DNA from: Gracilinanus agilis
Taxonomy: Eukaryota
NCBI RefSeq assembly: GCF_016433145.1
Contig: NC_058133.1
Coordinates: 63,077,420-63,141,419 of the forward strand
Reading direction: 5' to 3'
Length of the DNA: 64,000 bases
How positions within the stretch are numbered: the stretch's first letter is position 1; the number at the start of each line of letters is the position of its first letter. Below are positions 1 through 12,567 of the stretch, one piece after another. Under the pieces are notes generated by a model. That model saw only the letters and a list, made by a program, of their open reading frames with translations. It had not been told where the DNA came from and made no database searches. A program made the position numbers and the translations under genes.

Positions 1-1417
1 AGCTATGAAACTTTCCTAGGTTAACCCTAGGCCAAGCTATTTCCCTTATATTGAATTCCTAAAGAATGTATAATATTGCCCGGATGTTCAATATAATTTC
101 AACACCAGAAGAGGCCACTGAGCAGCCTTTAGGAAGCTGTCCCAAGCCCCACAGGTACCACAAAAAAGTCTGGAGCCATTTCACTTTTCTTTTTAAATTT
201 CTCTCTCTCTGCCTACCACAATACTCTTGAAGAGAATTAGCATCAAATGTCTGTTGAAAAGAAAGTAGCAGCAGAGCTAGTTAGTCGCAGCACTGGTCCT
301 AGAATGGAGGCCTCCTGGGGGCCAATGCAATACCCTGAGGACCTAGACCTCAGAGGAAAAGTTTAATAAATGCTTCTGAAATAAACACATTTAATAATTG
401 CTCAATTTAATGAAACTACAATAAAAAATTCTTTATGGTTGAAAAAAAATTAGTTAGGCAATATTTTTTTCTTCCAGAAAGAGACTAAAAAAAGGGCATT
501 CTTTTATTTCTTCGGGGGAAAATGAATTAATTAATAATGACAAAGTTTGGCCAACCACAAAAGAAAAAAGAAAATACACTACTTTCCCTGCAGAGGCATG
601 GAATATTACACCAACTTCAGATCCAGAGGATGTGTTTGTTAGTTTTCACAAACTTCTTTTCCCCTTTCTTTTTAGTCTTTATTATAAGGAATGGTTCACT
701 GGATGGGAATTAGAGATTTATTCATGAATAATGGGATGTAAAAACAAAAGAGATCAATAAAAAATGTTAATATTTTATAAGGAGTAAATTAATGATTACC
801 TATAAAAGCAAAACATGGCAGATAATCTTATTATTGAGAACAGGGATCATCCATATAGCATCACCGTGTAGTAAAAACAATCTGGACCTGGAATAAAGAG
901 AGACTTGATTCACATCGTGACAGTCACTAGCTGTGGGAAAAATCACTTAAACTTGCTGAGTCTTATTTTCCTCATCTATGAAATGGGGGGAACAACATTT
1001 GCAGTCCCTGCCTCACAAGGCTGTTAAAGCAAATGAGCTAATATCTGGAAAGCACTACAGAAATATCACCTCCAGTAGTTTTAAATGCTTTTCTTCAACT
1101 ATTTCAGTTTCCCCGCATGCATGATTAGGCCATATTTTTGAATGATTATAGAACTCGTCCAGGACTTTTAACCATCCACAAAGGAAAATCCACATGGATG
1201 AAGAATGCCCGTTTCCACCCTGTGACATGCAGCTTGATGGACAGCCTGCTGAGCTCAACCCTCAGTCCAAATGCCTCGGGCACAGGCTGCAAATGCATAC
1301 TATAGAGAGCCCATCATCCAGCAGGGGAAAAGGAGGCTTCTGGATCCCCTTGTTTTAATATTAATGATCTGCCTGGGCTACATAGCTGTGAGCCGCCACA
1401 CACTTAAGTCTCTAAAG

Positions 1418-1457
1418 CAGGGGTCGGCCACGTATGGCCTCTGCTGAGTCAGATATG
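1418..1457 (-). mobile_element. Terminal fragment of the same hAT MITE family as 43914-44076
   Basis: caggggtcggccacgtatggc matches the reverse complement of the right end of the 43914 element; preceded by ctctaaag. Confidence 0.55.
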
Positions 1458-1779
1458 GGAGGAAATGACCTTCTGGACAATGAGAACACTCATCCTGAGG
1501 CCCTGTCCACTCACAAGGTCCACTCTACCTAGCCCACTTTGGCAATGATTCCCATTCTATTCTAGCCATCCTCTTGCCTCTGAGTTGCTTTGGAATTCTC
1601 TTGCCCACCAGACCTCTAAAGACCATGCACTGGGATCCTTAAATCATATAATTTTAGGGCTTCAACTCACAAACTCTCTGGCCCACTATATCTAAGGATC
1701 ATGCTACCCATTCCACCTCTTACTCTGAGAACCAAAATCAGATCAACACTGTCACTGCCAACTCTTTGTGACCAAAGAG

Positions 1780-3000
1780 CATGACATTAATGAAGAACCA
1801 GCAAAAGAGACTCAAGGAACAGGTGACCAGATGGGAGGAACGTCCAGGGAGAGCAGTGTCACAAAACTCTAGAACAAGGAGACTTTCCAGGAGGAAAGGG
1901 TGGGCAATGATGTCATCTGCTACGGGGACATCAGGATTGGGAAATGGGCTTTGGATTTGGCAATTTTTAAAAAAAATCAGTGGTTAACCTTGGAGGGGTA
2001 ATGTCAGTAGAATGATGGAGTCATTAAGCAGATGGCAAAGGGCTGAGAAGACAAGGAGCGAAGTAGAAGTACCCAGAAGAAGGCAAATTTCTCAAGGAAT
2101 CTAGCCAAGAAAGGGAGATACTAGGAAAATATCTAGTTTTACGAATGGTCAGATCAAGTGAATGTCTTAGAGGATGGAGGAATATGGGCATTTTTGTAGA
2201 GACTGAAAAAAGAATCAGTAGATGAGAGACCCAAGGTAAGAAAGAGGGTAGGGATGATATGTGAGGTTAATTTACTGGGAAAGTCAAGAGGAGGTGGGAT
2301 AAAAGAAGAATTAGCTTTGGCAAAGAGAAGAACCAACCACATTTTCATTTGAGACTGGAGTAAAGGAAATAGTGCAGGGAAATGTTAGAATGGTGTGAGA
2401 TGAGGAGGAAAGCAGGATGGAAGGTCTATTTTTGTGATGTAAAAGGAAAGGTTCTTGACAAAATGAGAAGAGGGTGCTGTGGTCTGTGGTAGGTGTGGGG
2501 GGAGTGAGAAGATGTGGAATAGCCACTGGAAAGAATGGGATTGCCAATCAAGTAGGAGTGAACAGAATGTTTGCCTTGTTACATTGAGGCAGCAATTGAG
2601 ATCAGATAATATAAATCTGTGGTAGACCTCACTGATATAGTTCTCTAGTCAAACAGAGTTGAGCTCTAAAACACAAAAATAAAGCCAAAAAAATATCTGC
2701 TCTTAAGGAGCTCACAGCACAATGGAGGAGATAATGAGCAAACAACTATGTGCAAATGAGATACACAGGAAAAACTGGAGACAATCTCCTAGGGAAGGCA
2801 CTAGCATGAAGTGGGATCAGGAAAAGCTTTTTGAAGGTAGGATTTTAGCTGAGGCTTGAAAGAATCCAGGGAAGTCAGGAGGAAGAGATGACGGAGAGTA
2901 TTCCAGGCACAGGGACAAGCCAGTGAAAATATCTAAAGGGTTTCAAGTGTGAAGAGCAGCAAGATGGTGAGAGTAACTGAGGGTGGCAGCTTAAGAAGCA
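1780..3000 (+). mobile_element. Degraded L2 fragments
   Basis: Purine-rich L2-like body and gctcttaaggagctcaca 3' segment; further L2 pieces ~4905-5420, 9100-9880(-), 31280-31960(-), 38590-39330, 42445-42870, 52400-52980(-). Confidence 0.55.
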
Positions 3001-4563
3001 GCAGGAGAATAAAGCTTTGATATGAGCAAGCAAAAGACCTGGGTTTTGCCCTTTAATTTTACCATTAATAATTAAGAGAGCCTAAGTTCAAGGGGAAATG
3101 AATTACCTGTCTAGCAGCCCCAACTACATTTCCCTTCCAGGAGAATACAAACCCTTCAGAGGAATAGCAAAAAGGCTAAATGAATATATAAGTCCTGGGA
3201 TGAAGAGAAACATACCAGAAAGTGAGGGGGCTTCCCCACTTGCCACCCCAAGCTTGTTTCCTTTCTGAGGGAGTTCTGCAGAGACCAAAGGAGGAAGGTG
3301 GAAGTCAGAGAAAGAATAAAAACTGTACAAACCTTGTAAGAGATACTCTGTCTTTTATGTTGTTTTTGAATCTTCTGTGGGAGGAAATCAAGAGCATTTT
3401 GTACCTACAATAGCCATTGTTTGAACTAGGGACCCTGTCATCCACATCTGTGGAGGGCTAGACAGAAGTTACATTTTCAAGGAATATTCTAAGACTTCCC
3501 AGGGGAAGGAGGGTGATGGATGACATAGGACTCTTAAGACAATGAATGAGGTGCTAATGCCAAAATGGCGCCTGGCTGGCATAGACCCAAGGAATAGGGT
3601 GTGCCAGAGCACAGTTTCCAGTCAAACCCCTACTTTGATGGTTCACCGTGTCCCAGAAGTGGCTATGTGTTCTCAAAGTCTCTGCCATTGAAGTACAGGC
3701 TCTGACAGGCCCCCCACCAATCCAGAAAAGCTCTCTGGACTATGGGTGCTTAGCAATGGACTACATGTCTGTAGCCTGAGTATTAACTACATTAACTTCA
3801 AAGAGGATCCTCACAAGAGGGTTAAAGCTTTGGCTACCCCAAAATGAAGATTTTTGGAAGCAGAACTCATTCATCTAAGGCTTGGAGAGGTTATGGGCAG
3901 GCCCCAAAGAAGCACTCATAAAATCCCAGATCCTTGGTAATATTGTAGTGCTAAAAAAAAAAAAAAACACAAACATTAAAATAATCATTTGCCCAATTGC
4001 CAAAATCAAATAAAAAATTAACCTTGATGATAAAAGAAGTCAAATGATGGTCTTGCTATGCAGAGGAGGAAGTATACATGCTTAGAAGACTTAACGCTCT
4101 CTTCTTGCCTTAAAAATTTGGTGCCAAAGCATCCCAGGAGGGAAGTTTAAATTCAGTCTCACTGTGTCTCCCAGGATGGAGCAGAGGAGGGCTGGGAAGG
4201 GGTCAGTGATGACCAGGCTTCAGTTTTGAAGAAGAGAGCCGTACCTAAGCAGTTAGCGACATCTCTGGAAGAAGATGGTTCTTTTTCGAACAATCCTACT
4301 TGTATGTGATAAAGTGGCCAAAGTCCATTAGCATTTTGTCCAACTTTAGGTGCAGTATGCAGGGGCTGCTTCATCCTAGCTCCTTCATGGCTCCCCTTGG
4401 GCGAGAGAGAAAATGAGATGCCGTGGAGGGTCAGGTGAGGATCCTTATGGAGCATGCAGAAACCAGGAAAAAGAAGGTGTTGGAGTCCCTGAGCCTGGGC
4501 ATGACACCAGGGTCAGGACTGTTTCTACCCGGATTCAGAGCAAGAGCAGAATCCTCTGTGGGC

Positions 4564-4577
4564 CCACCAGAGGGCGA
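4564..4577 (+). promoter_or_regulatory. CTCF core motif
   Basis: ccaccagagggcga, 13/14 to CCASYAGRKGGCRS with the CpG intact. Confidence 0.5.
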
Positions 4578-5459
4578 TGAGGAGCCCAAACTGAGCCCCC
4601 CTCAAACAGACTGATGCTAATAGCAAAAGCACTCTGGACAGGGCTCCACAGTGGTCCCTGATCCTGGGGGCATGCGTATTTGAGACCTTCAGGATGCTAG
4701 GGCCACCCCCGGGAGTCCAGGAACCAGGGTCCCTCCCCACATCTGCAGGCAGCCAGAACAGGCACACCCAATGAAGCCCCAGGTCCAAATTTTATCTGCT
4801 CAAGTCATCCCAGCAGAGGCTCCATCCAACAACCTGGACGCCTCATTCTTCAAGGGAGGAAGCAACTCATCCAGGGCCCAGTGAAGGAGGGAATGAATGC
4901 TGGGTGTCAGTCCCTTGGCAAGCATCTATTAAGCACCCACTAGGACCCAGGCACTCCATAAGCACTGAGAATCCAAAGAAAGAAAAATCAGTGCCTGCTC
5001 TCAAGGGCTCACAGTCTAACGAGGGGGACAGCCGGCAAACAACTACACACCAACAAAAACCAATGGCAGAGAATCCAGAGATAGGGAGGGCATGACGTGA
5101 TCAGGAAGGGCTTCTGGCAGCAAGTGGGATTGGAGCCTGGGCTTAGGGGATGCCAGGAGTGGCGATCCAGGCATGGCAGCAGAGGGGCATTGCCAATTCA
5201 AATGCCTGCATTCAGAAGAGAGTATTTTGTGCAAAGATGAGCCAGGAGGCCAGGGCTGCTCACTGGTAGTGTGAGGAGGAGGCCAGGAGCCATCCCCTGG
5301 GATTTATGGAGGAGAGTCACAGCACGTGGAAGAATTAGGAAGACTGACTGACTGCTTGACTGATCACCAGAACAGGGAATAGACTATGGAGGTCAGTGAG
5401 GACAGCCTGCCCTAGAGCACTGGCAGTGTCACAGGAAAGGAGGCAGAGATGAGGACCTG

Positions 5460-5725
5460 GCAGTAGCTGGTGGTGTAGGGCATAGAATGCTGGGCCTGGA
5501 GTCCCTCCGACCTCCAATCAAATCTGGCCTTACTTATTAGCTGTGTGGCCCTGGGCAAGTCACTTAACCCTGTCTCAGTTTCCTCAACTGTAAAATGAGG
5601 GGTTATAATAGTGCCTACCTCCTGGGGTGGCTATGAGGATAAAAAGAAAATAATATTTGTAAAAAGCGCTGAACGCAATCTCCAGTACCTATTCAGTGCT
5701 CTTCAAATGGTAGGGATCATCATCA
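5460..5725 (+). mobile_element. MIR-type CORE-SINE
   Basis: gggcaagtcacttaacc...ctcagtttcctc..ctgtaaaatg core; other MIR copies ~880-1058, 8325-8480(-), 10310-10440(-), 25735-25970(-), 26288-26560, 34640-34880, 37545-37680, 56775-56890, 60720-60910. Confidence 0.8.
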
Positions 5726-6199
5726 TTATTACCCCAGGAGGAGGATGGTACCCTGGAGAGGAAAAGGAAAGTTAGGAAAAGGGGAAGCCTTGAGGGGAAA
5801 GAGAATGAGTTCTGTTCTGGCTACACAGAGTCACCGGCCCATGGGGCTGGCTGTCACATTGGTGGCTGGAGACCTAAGAATTGAGGCTAAGAGGCCAGTG
5901 AGGCCGGATAAGGAGATCCTGGAAGCATCCTCATAGAAATATTCACTGAACTCACGAAATGACCCAGTGAAACAGAAGAGAGAGAGGGGAGAAGCCCGGG
6001 GTCCCCCCGGAGGTGAGCGGGGCTGGCAGAGGAGACACAGGAGGAGAAGCAGGAGACTGAAGAGAGAAGAGAAGGAGAAGGAGCGAGGGGGGCTATTCAT
6101 CTGGCCTCAGAGAAATGCCTCGTAGCTGTGGAAGGAGCCTTTCATCTGAAGGAATGCTCAGAGTGGAGGAGGGATCAGGAGTGGGAGTGACTAGTCAGG

Positions 6200-7155
6200 G
6201 AATAGGCGAAGACGTACAGGAAGAGCGAAAAGCCAACAGGTACCGTTAGGATCACTCTTCATAAAGTCATCTGCATCTTTACAAGCCGCCGTCCTATACG
6301 GACCTCCCGCCCTCCTCTGTACATCGAGGGTGAACTCATTTTAAACACACTAATAAACAGGCTCACAGGCTACGAGGGTCCGAAAATCTACCAGCTCGAT
6401 CTATTCATTTAACACCTGTGCTGAGAGGCGCCCATGTAGTCAATGGAAGCAGACCGGATGAAAATGAGTCCTGATGAAGCTCTGAGGAGGGCGGGTTTAC
6501 TTCAGTTTGCCTATCTTGAAAGGGGGATCATTTATTTGTTTGTTTATGCGAAGCTTTGTCAGTAATATTAATTTCTACCCCAGACACACGCAAAAGTGCA
6601 CGCAAAGCCACGCCTTCGCCAAGCCTCGTCATCCCACGGGAGAGGAGCGCCCCCTGGTGTCCGCCGTGGATCTCAGCCTGCTGCAAAGCGGGCTACTCTT
6701 GGACTCCGGAGCTCGGTCCTTCCCTCCGCCTTAGCCGAGGATTTCACTAGCAAAGCCCCAATAGCCTAACCAGGACAACTTCCAGTGGGGCCAGTGCCAG
6801 CCCACCAGGAAAGGGGAGCCACACAAGGTCCTGGATTTCCCACTGCCTAAGAGACTGCCGTAGTAAATTAAGTGTACGATGAGTATTGTTTAAAACACGT
6901 ATTTATTGCCCAGAATGCTTTCGTCGGGGAGCCCCCCTCTTTTTCTCGCCTTGATGCTGAGGCGAAGGCTGGGGGGCTGCGGCAAGTTCCTAGACTGAAA
7001 CCACCAATAAAGTCTTCCCCAGGATTAATGCTGCTTTTGACTCCAACACTACGAAGGCTGCCGTGTCTCGGGACCAGGGAAGCGGAGCAGAGCGAGAGAG
7101 ATGGGCGCCGCCCCACGGAGTTCGCCATCTCACACGCCCCACGTTCATGGCGCCC
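6200..7155. promoter_or_regulatory. Orphan CpG island in NME7 intron 1
   Basis: About 50 CpG counted by eye in ~950 bp, versus a handful per kb elsewhere; contains a strong CTCF motif; no recognisable exon or repeat. Confidence 0.7.
6645..6660 (-). promoter_or_regulatory. CTCF core motif
   Basis: Minus strand acaccagggggcgctc, 13/14 to the core, inside the CpG island. Confidence 0.6.
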
Positions 7156-7422
7156 CAAACAAGGACAATGGCCTCATCAAAGATAGAAGTACTTAAAAGT
7201 TTGAAATATGAATAGAATGACCAAAATGGGACACACAGACATGATGTGAGCCCATGCTGTTGGAGAAATGGAGCTGACAGACTTGTTCTAGGCAGGGCTG
7301 TATGTGTGAAAAATGCCCTATCTGAAAATCACAAAAGGCATGCCTGTATAACTTTCTCAAAGGACCAGCGATATCACACATAGTTAAAAGTTGAAGATTG
7401 GAAAAATAATTGCCATTAAGTC

Positions 7423-7797
7423 TTTTTTTTTTTTTTAAAGTATAGAGGCCTAGATGATAGGGTGAAGTGACTTGTTCAAGGTCACACAACTAGGGCGTGT
7501 CTGTGTTCGGATCTGAACCCAGAACCTCTCGACTCTAGGTCCGGCTCTCTATTCACTAAGCCACCTAGATGCCCCCAACACAAGGAACATTTCCTCCCTC
7601 CCTTCTTTCCCTTTCTACCCTTACCTTCTGTTTTAGTATCAGTTCTAACTCAGAAGAGGAGCAAGGGCTAGGAAATAAGGGTAAAGTGACTGGGCCAAGG
7701 TAACACACCTAGGAAGTGTCTGGGGCCATATTTGAACCCAGGACTTCCTAACTACATGGCCTAATATTCTATCCATTGTACTACCTAGCTGCCCCCC
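7423..7797 (-). mobile_element. Two adjacent SINE1/MAR-type SINEs (7423-7576, 7606-7797)
   Basis: Reverse heads ...ccacctagatgccccc and ...ctacctagctgcccccc; T-rich tails. Confidence 0.8.
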
Positions 7798-10614
7798 ATT
7801 TAGTTTTTAAGGAAGTACTTAAAATGCACTTAAATCATTAAATAGGAAAGAGAAGGGGAGAAATATAAATGTTGGTCTCCACATCTTTGCACAAGCACAT
7901 AAAAAGTAGAAGACCAGGGTAGCACTCCTAGCAAGAAATGTTTTCATTCACAGCATCTTTATATTGCTCTTCTTGATTTACTAATAAGTTTATTTCCTGA
8001 TTTCAAATATAGTATCTCCCTTAGTGCTAAATAAAGGTTATAAAACTTAAGAAAAACGTAAAAGTTACTAGACATTCTTTTATGCACAGACAGTATTCTC
8101 TAGCCCTTTCTCATTAACTGACACATACTGAAAACTGCCTGATCTAAGATCATTTAGGATCATCCTCTAACCAACCTCAATTTAAAATGAGCTCAGAAAT
8201 CATTTTCATTACTGAAGAAAATATCAAGTTCAAAAGAGTCAGTTGCAAAGGGTAATGGAGCATTTTATAGCCCAGCACAAAGGAAGCAGAACTGGTCTGG
8301 GAGTTAAGGAAGAAAAGAAACAAGCATTTATTAAGCACTTACTATGTGGAGGACACTGCACTAAGGTGGTCTCATTGGAGCCTCAAATCAGCCCTGAGAG
8401 GTGGCTGCTATGACTACTCTCATTTTACAAATGAGGAAACTGAGGCAGACAAGGGCAAAGTGGTTTGCCCAGGATCACACAGCTAAGGCCTGTTTTCCAT
8501 TTCTAAATGGGAAGGATCATTCAGTCCAACTTCCTCATTTTACAGATGAGGAAGCTGAGAAAAATTATAACACGATCAGTAGTAAATGGTCTCTTAAAAT
8601 GTATTTCATGCTTCATTACATTTTTGGTGACGTCATTATTCCCTCCAAAATAATCCATTTTTGTAAAGGTGCCCTTTGTAGCAGATATACAAATTCTTTT
8701 CCTTTCCCATCCAATAATCACCAGAGATCTATTCTCTCTATTTTTCTAGTCACCAAGTGAATAAACATTTGTTAAACGCCAGGCCCTGAGCTAAGCACAG
8801 AGATTCCGTCCCTGCTTTCCGGAGCTTTGGACAAACAAGCTTGGTGGAGGATACGCTGGAGACATGAGAATTCAGAGATTAGGAGACACTCCCCAGAGAA
8901 GCTGGGTCTGGAGCTGGGATCTGGAGCCAGGAAAGCAGAGCCAGGAGCTGCCTGGCTTACACAAGGAGCACAAGAAGGGAATGATGCTGCCCAGATCCAC
9001 ACTAAATTTAGGTGACAAATTTCAGCTGGGCCTTCCTTGAGCAAAGCAATCCTTTCACAAGTCCACACAGTCACAGTTGGTCCAGAAAGCTTCATCCCTC
9101 CTCAAACCCCAGCCCCAGCCCTTTCAGCAGAGAATCTGACCTCCTATTTTCACTGAAAAAAATCCAGGCTGTCGCTGAGGGCTTCCTCTTCTCCCCTCAT
9201 CTCCAGCTCCTCACCCAGATGCCTTCCACCACTGTGTGGGCCAACCGTCTGTCCATGTGTGATCCTGCCCCATCCTGTGTCTGAGCAGACTGCCTCCTCC
9301 GCCATCCCTGCTTCCTTGCTTCAGTCCAATATGTGTTTCTCAGCTGCTTCCCCAGGACCTTAAAACAGGGCTCCAACTTCTCCATCCCCCCCAAATCTTC
9401 CTTTGATACGAAGCTCCCCTCCCCTCTCCCCAGGCCTTGCTCGCTAGCTCCTGACCCATATTTTTCATGCCTTTTGTGGTTAAATGCCTTTAGAAGGCAA
9501 TCTACAAGACAGGCCTCAACCTTTCGCTCTTTCTCTTTTTGTTATTCTTTTTTCTGTCTCTATGTGATCATTTTGGAGTAGTTGGTTTGGTAAGGCTCTG
9601 AATTAGGAAATTAGTTTGGACAGAATGGACATTTTTATTATATTGGCTCATTCTTCCTTGAATTCTCTACAGTCTGGCCTCCAGCCTCATCATTCCATCA
9701 AAACTTCAGTCTCTGGAGTTACTAATAATTTCTTAATTTCCAAATCTAATGGTGCTTGCTTAATCCTCACCCTTTTCCCACTTCCTTTTCACACCCTTTT
9801 CTCCTGGATGCTCTTTTTTACAGGGAGGTTTTCATCACCCTCCTCTGTCCAGGTTCTGGGATCCCTCCATGGCAGGACTAACCCTTTCCCCCGGGGCCTC
9901 CGAGCTGGGTAGCTGCTCCCTCCAGGACGAGGAGTGGCGAGCAGCCCTGGGGAAACACTGGAATGGGGTATCAGGGGACGGGGCAAGACCCAGGCCCTGC
10001 CACTTCTGTGGGGTTGAGGCAGGCATGAGCCATTTAGTCTTCTGGTTCCCATACATAGATGATAGATGGGGGGGGGGGGAGGACAGATTAAGATCTCTTC
10101 CTGTATCGTTTTCCTCTCTATTTCCTCCTCTCATTTGATTCTTTTTCCTTAAAGTATTTGGAGATCAGACTAGAGTCCCATATAAAGAGTGGCATGGATT
10201 CCCCCAGGTGCCTCCTCATGTCTGGGGTTCAGTCACTTCAGAATCCTCGGGGCCCCCTTCAGGGTTTTCTTGGCAGAGGTCCTGTAGAGGAGGACCATTT
10301 GCTGCTCCAGCTCATTTTACAGAGGAGGAGCTGAGGGAGGAGGCCTAGGTGACTGGCCCAGGGTCACAGGGCTAGAAAGCTGGGGCCTTCCCACCTCCAA
10401 GCCCAGAGGTCTGTGCACTGGCTGGTGGCTCCGTAACCACTGCTGCCTTCTCTGAAATGACCGGCCGCCCTGACTTCTTCAGCTCAGCTGCAGCCTTGAT
10501 GGTGCTCTGCCTCTTCACTCTTTGTTCCAGGTGTTTCTTTTAGATGACATCCTGTCAGATTCTGCCTTCCACATTACTTGGTGGCTTCGTTGGGTAAATT
10601 CACCCCATTCACAT

Positions 10615-10810
10615 TTTTTTAAAAACCTTATTACCTTCTCTTAGCATCAATGTGAAGTATACATTCCATGGAAGAAGAATGGAAAGGGCTAGGTAATAAG
10701 GGTGAAGTGACCTGCCCAGGTTCACAAAGTTAGGAAGTCTCTGAATCCAGATTTGAACCCAAGACCTCCCATCTCCAGGCCTTATTCTCTATCCACTAGG
10801 CCACCTTACT
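10615..10810 (-). mobile_element. SINE1_MD-like SINE
   Basis: agatttgaacccaagacctcccatctccagg segment and reverse tail. Confidence 0.75.
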
Positions 10811-10913
10811 ACTCTGACCCCTTTCACATTTACATCTATAATTGTGCATTTCCCTCCATCCTGTTCTCTTCCACTGAAAACAAATGGTTCAATACGAATC
10901 CTGGAATGACAAC

Positions 10914-11172
10914 TGTATAAATGAAGATTTTTGAACCTTGAACTTCATCCCCCAAAAGTCCCTTAGTATTTCCCAAAATTCCCTTTAATCTCTCCTGTGC
11001 CTCCATGTTTGTGTGGTCACATTATTGTTTTATAAGTTCTGTAGTTCCTTCCTCTTCCTCTCTCTTCTCCACGAGTGCAGTCTGGAAGCCTTGCCTTTGC
11101 TCTAGCCTTCTGTTTTAATAAATAGTATTAAATATAATATTAGAGTATTGAATATTAATTTTAAAATCCACA
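10914..11172 (+). mobile_element. Short solo LTR inserted in the L1 5'UTR
   Basis: TG...CA ends, TATA-like tttataag ~11028, AATAAA 11117; L1 5'UTR-like sequence on both sides; TSD imperfect (caac/gaac). Confidence 0.55.
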
Positions 11173-12510
11173 GAACCAACAAGGGAACAGAGTGAAACAA
11201 CTTTCCTACAGAAAACAATTTGAAAGGTAGGCAGAGAGGGTCTGGTTCCCTAGGGTGAAAGGGGAGAACAAGGCTTCACCAAGGCATACCAGCCCAGGCC
11301 AACAGCAAACCTCTGCCTCCCCACATCTTCCAGGTTCTGAGCCTGAGTTCAGACCAGCATCCAGACCCTGAGACCCTGCTTAACCCTGCCCACCCCTTAA
11401 TGGTCCAAGTCACAGCCCAAGCCTGCAAGGAGGCCCCAAGCCCTAGTGCAGGGGAGCCCATGGTGTGCTTGTCAGGTACAGGCCCAAAAGGATGCTCTGA
11501 GCTCCTGCCCAAGCCCAAACCAAGGCCCCAAACCCCAGCTCAAGGCATCTGGCAAGGAACCTGGGGGGTGTGAGCCCAAGGAAAGCATGGAGCCCTCACC
11601 AAGCATATAGTGGGATCCTAAATCCCTGTGTAGGACAGTCCACATCTGGCCTCTGTAAGTCTAGAACAAGGCCAAAGCCCCCACCCAAGCTCAAGGCGAG
11701 GTAACAAGCCCCAGGGCAAGGCAGTCCACAGTGTGCCTGACCTGATCAGGCCCAGAGTGAGACCAAAAGCCCAAGCCTGAATCTGGACCCTGAGCCTCTG
11801 AGTGCTCTCAGAGGTCTGCATGCCTCCATCAGTCTCAGCAGGTGATTGAATTAGCAGTGGAGGGTGGCTTTCAGAGCTTTGAGGCCACAGGCCATCATAC
11901 TATCTTGAAAGAATTGACATTTGCAAAAACCCAGAACTAGAACTGATGATAGCAATAAGGAAAAACAAGTTTAAAAGAGTGCCCTCTCTACCCCAAGAAC
12001 AGAGCCCACCTTTAAATTAGAAGTAAAAGGCTAGGGAAATGATCAAACAAACAAAACCTAACCATGGGGACTGAAGAAGAGCAAGGCACAGACTCAGAAG
12101 GAAACAGTGAAAGCAAAGCAAATAAAAGCAGAATTTCAAAGGAAAGTATGAATTGGTCTCAGGCACTAAAAGAGCTCAAAAAGGATTTCAAAAATCAGTT
12201 AAGAGAGGCAGAGGAAAAATGGGGAAGAGAATGGAAAGCAATGCAAGAAGAAAATAACAGCTTAAAAAAGCAGAATTGACCAGATGGAAAAAATGGTTCA
12301 AAAGGTCATAGGAGAAAAGAATTCCTTAAAAATTAGAATCAGCAACTAGAAGCAAATGACTTTATAAGACATCAAGAAACAAACAAAAAATTCAAAAGAA
12401 TGAAAAACACAGAAAAAAACATGAAATATCTCTTTATAAAAAACAATTGACCTCAAAAAAGATCCAGAAGAAACAATTTAAGAATTTTTGGACTACCTGA
12501 AGGCCATAAG

Positions 12511-12512
<2 letters not shown>

Positions 12513-12567
<55 letters not shown>

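Noticed and set aside
3420-3950. Minus-strand resemblance to Ty3/ERV pol RT-RNase H tether (HFG..SFSGLVG..PL..FDW..ILAL), with an A-run at 3953 suggesting a retrocopy on plus
   Set aside because: Needs a frameshift in a G6 run, stop density is about random, and no TSD was found. An HMMER RT_RNaseH or TBLASTN hit would be required.
5831-6100. 89-aa ORF with a signal-peptide-like Leu run
   Set aside because: Hydrophobic stretch is the reverse complement of a GA-rich low-complexity tract adjoining L2 sequence; no homology recognised.
6471-6477. CTGATGA hammerhead or C/D-box-like core in the CpG island
   Set aside because: No stem II closed by GAAA and no terminal stem or box C pairing found.
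6507-7186. ORFs of 64-104 aa across the CpG island on both strands
   Set aside because: Expected by chance in GC-rich DNA; no recognisable domain or exon structure.
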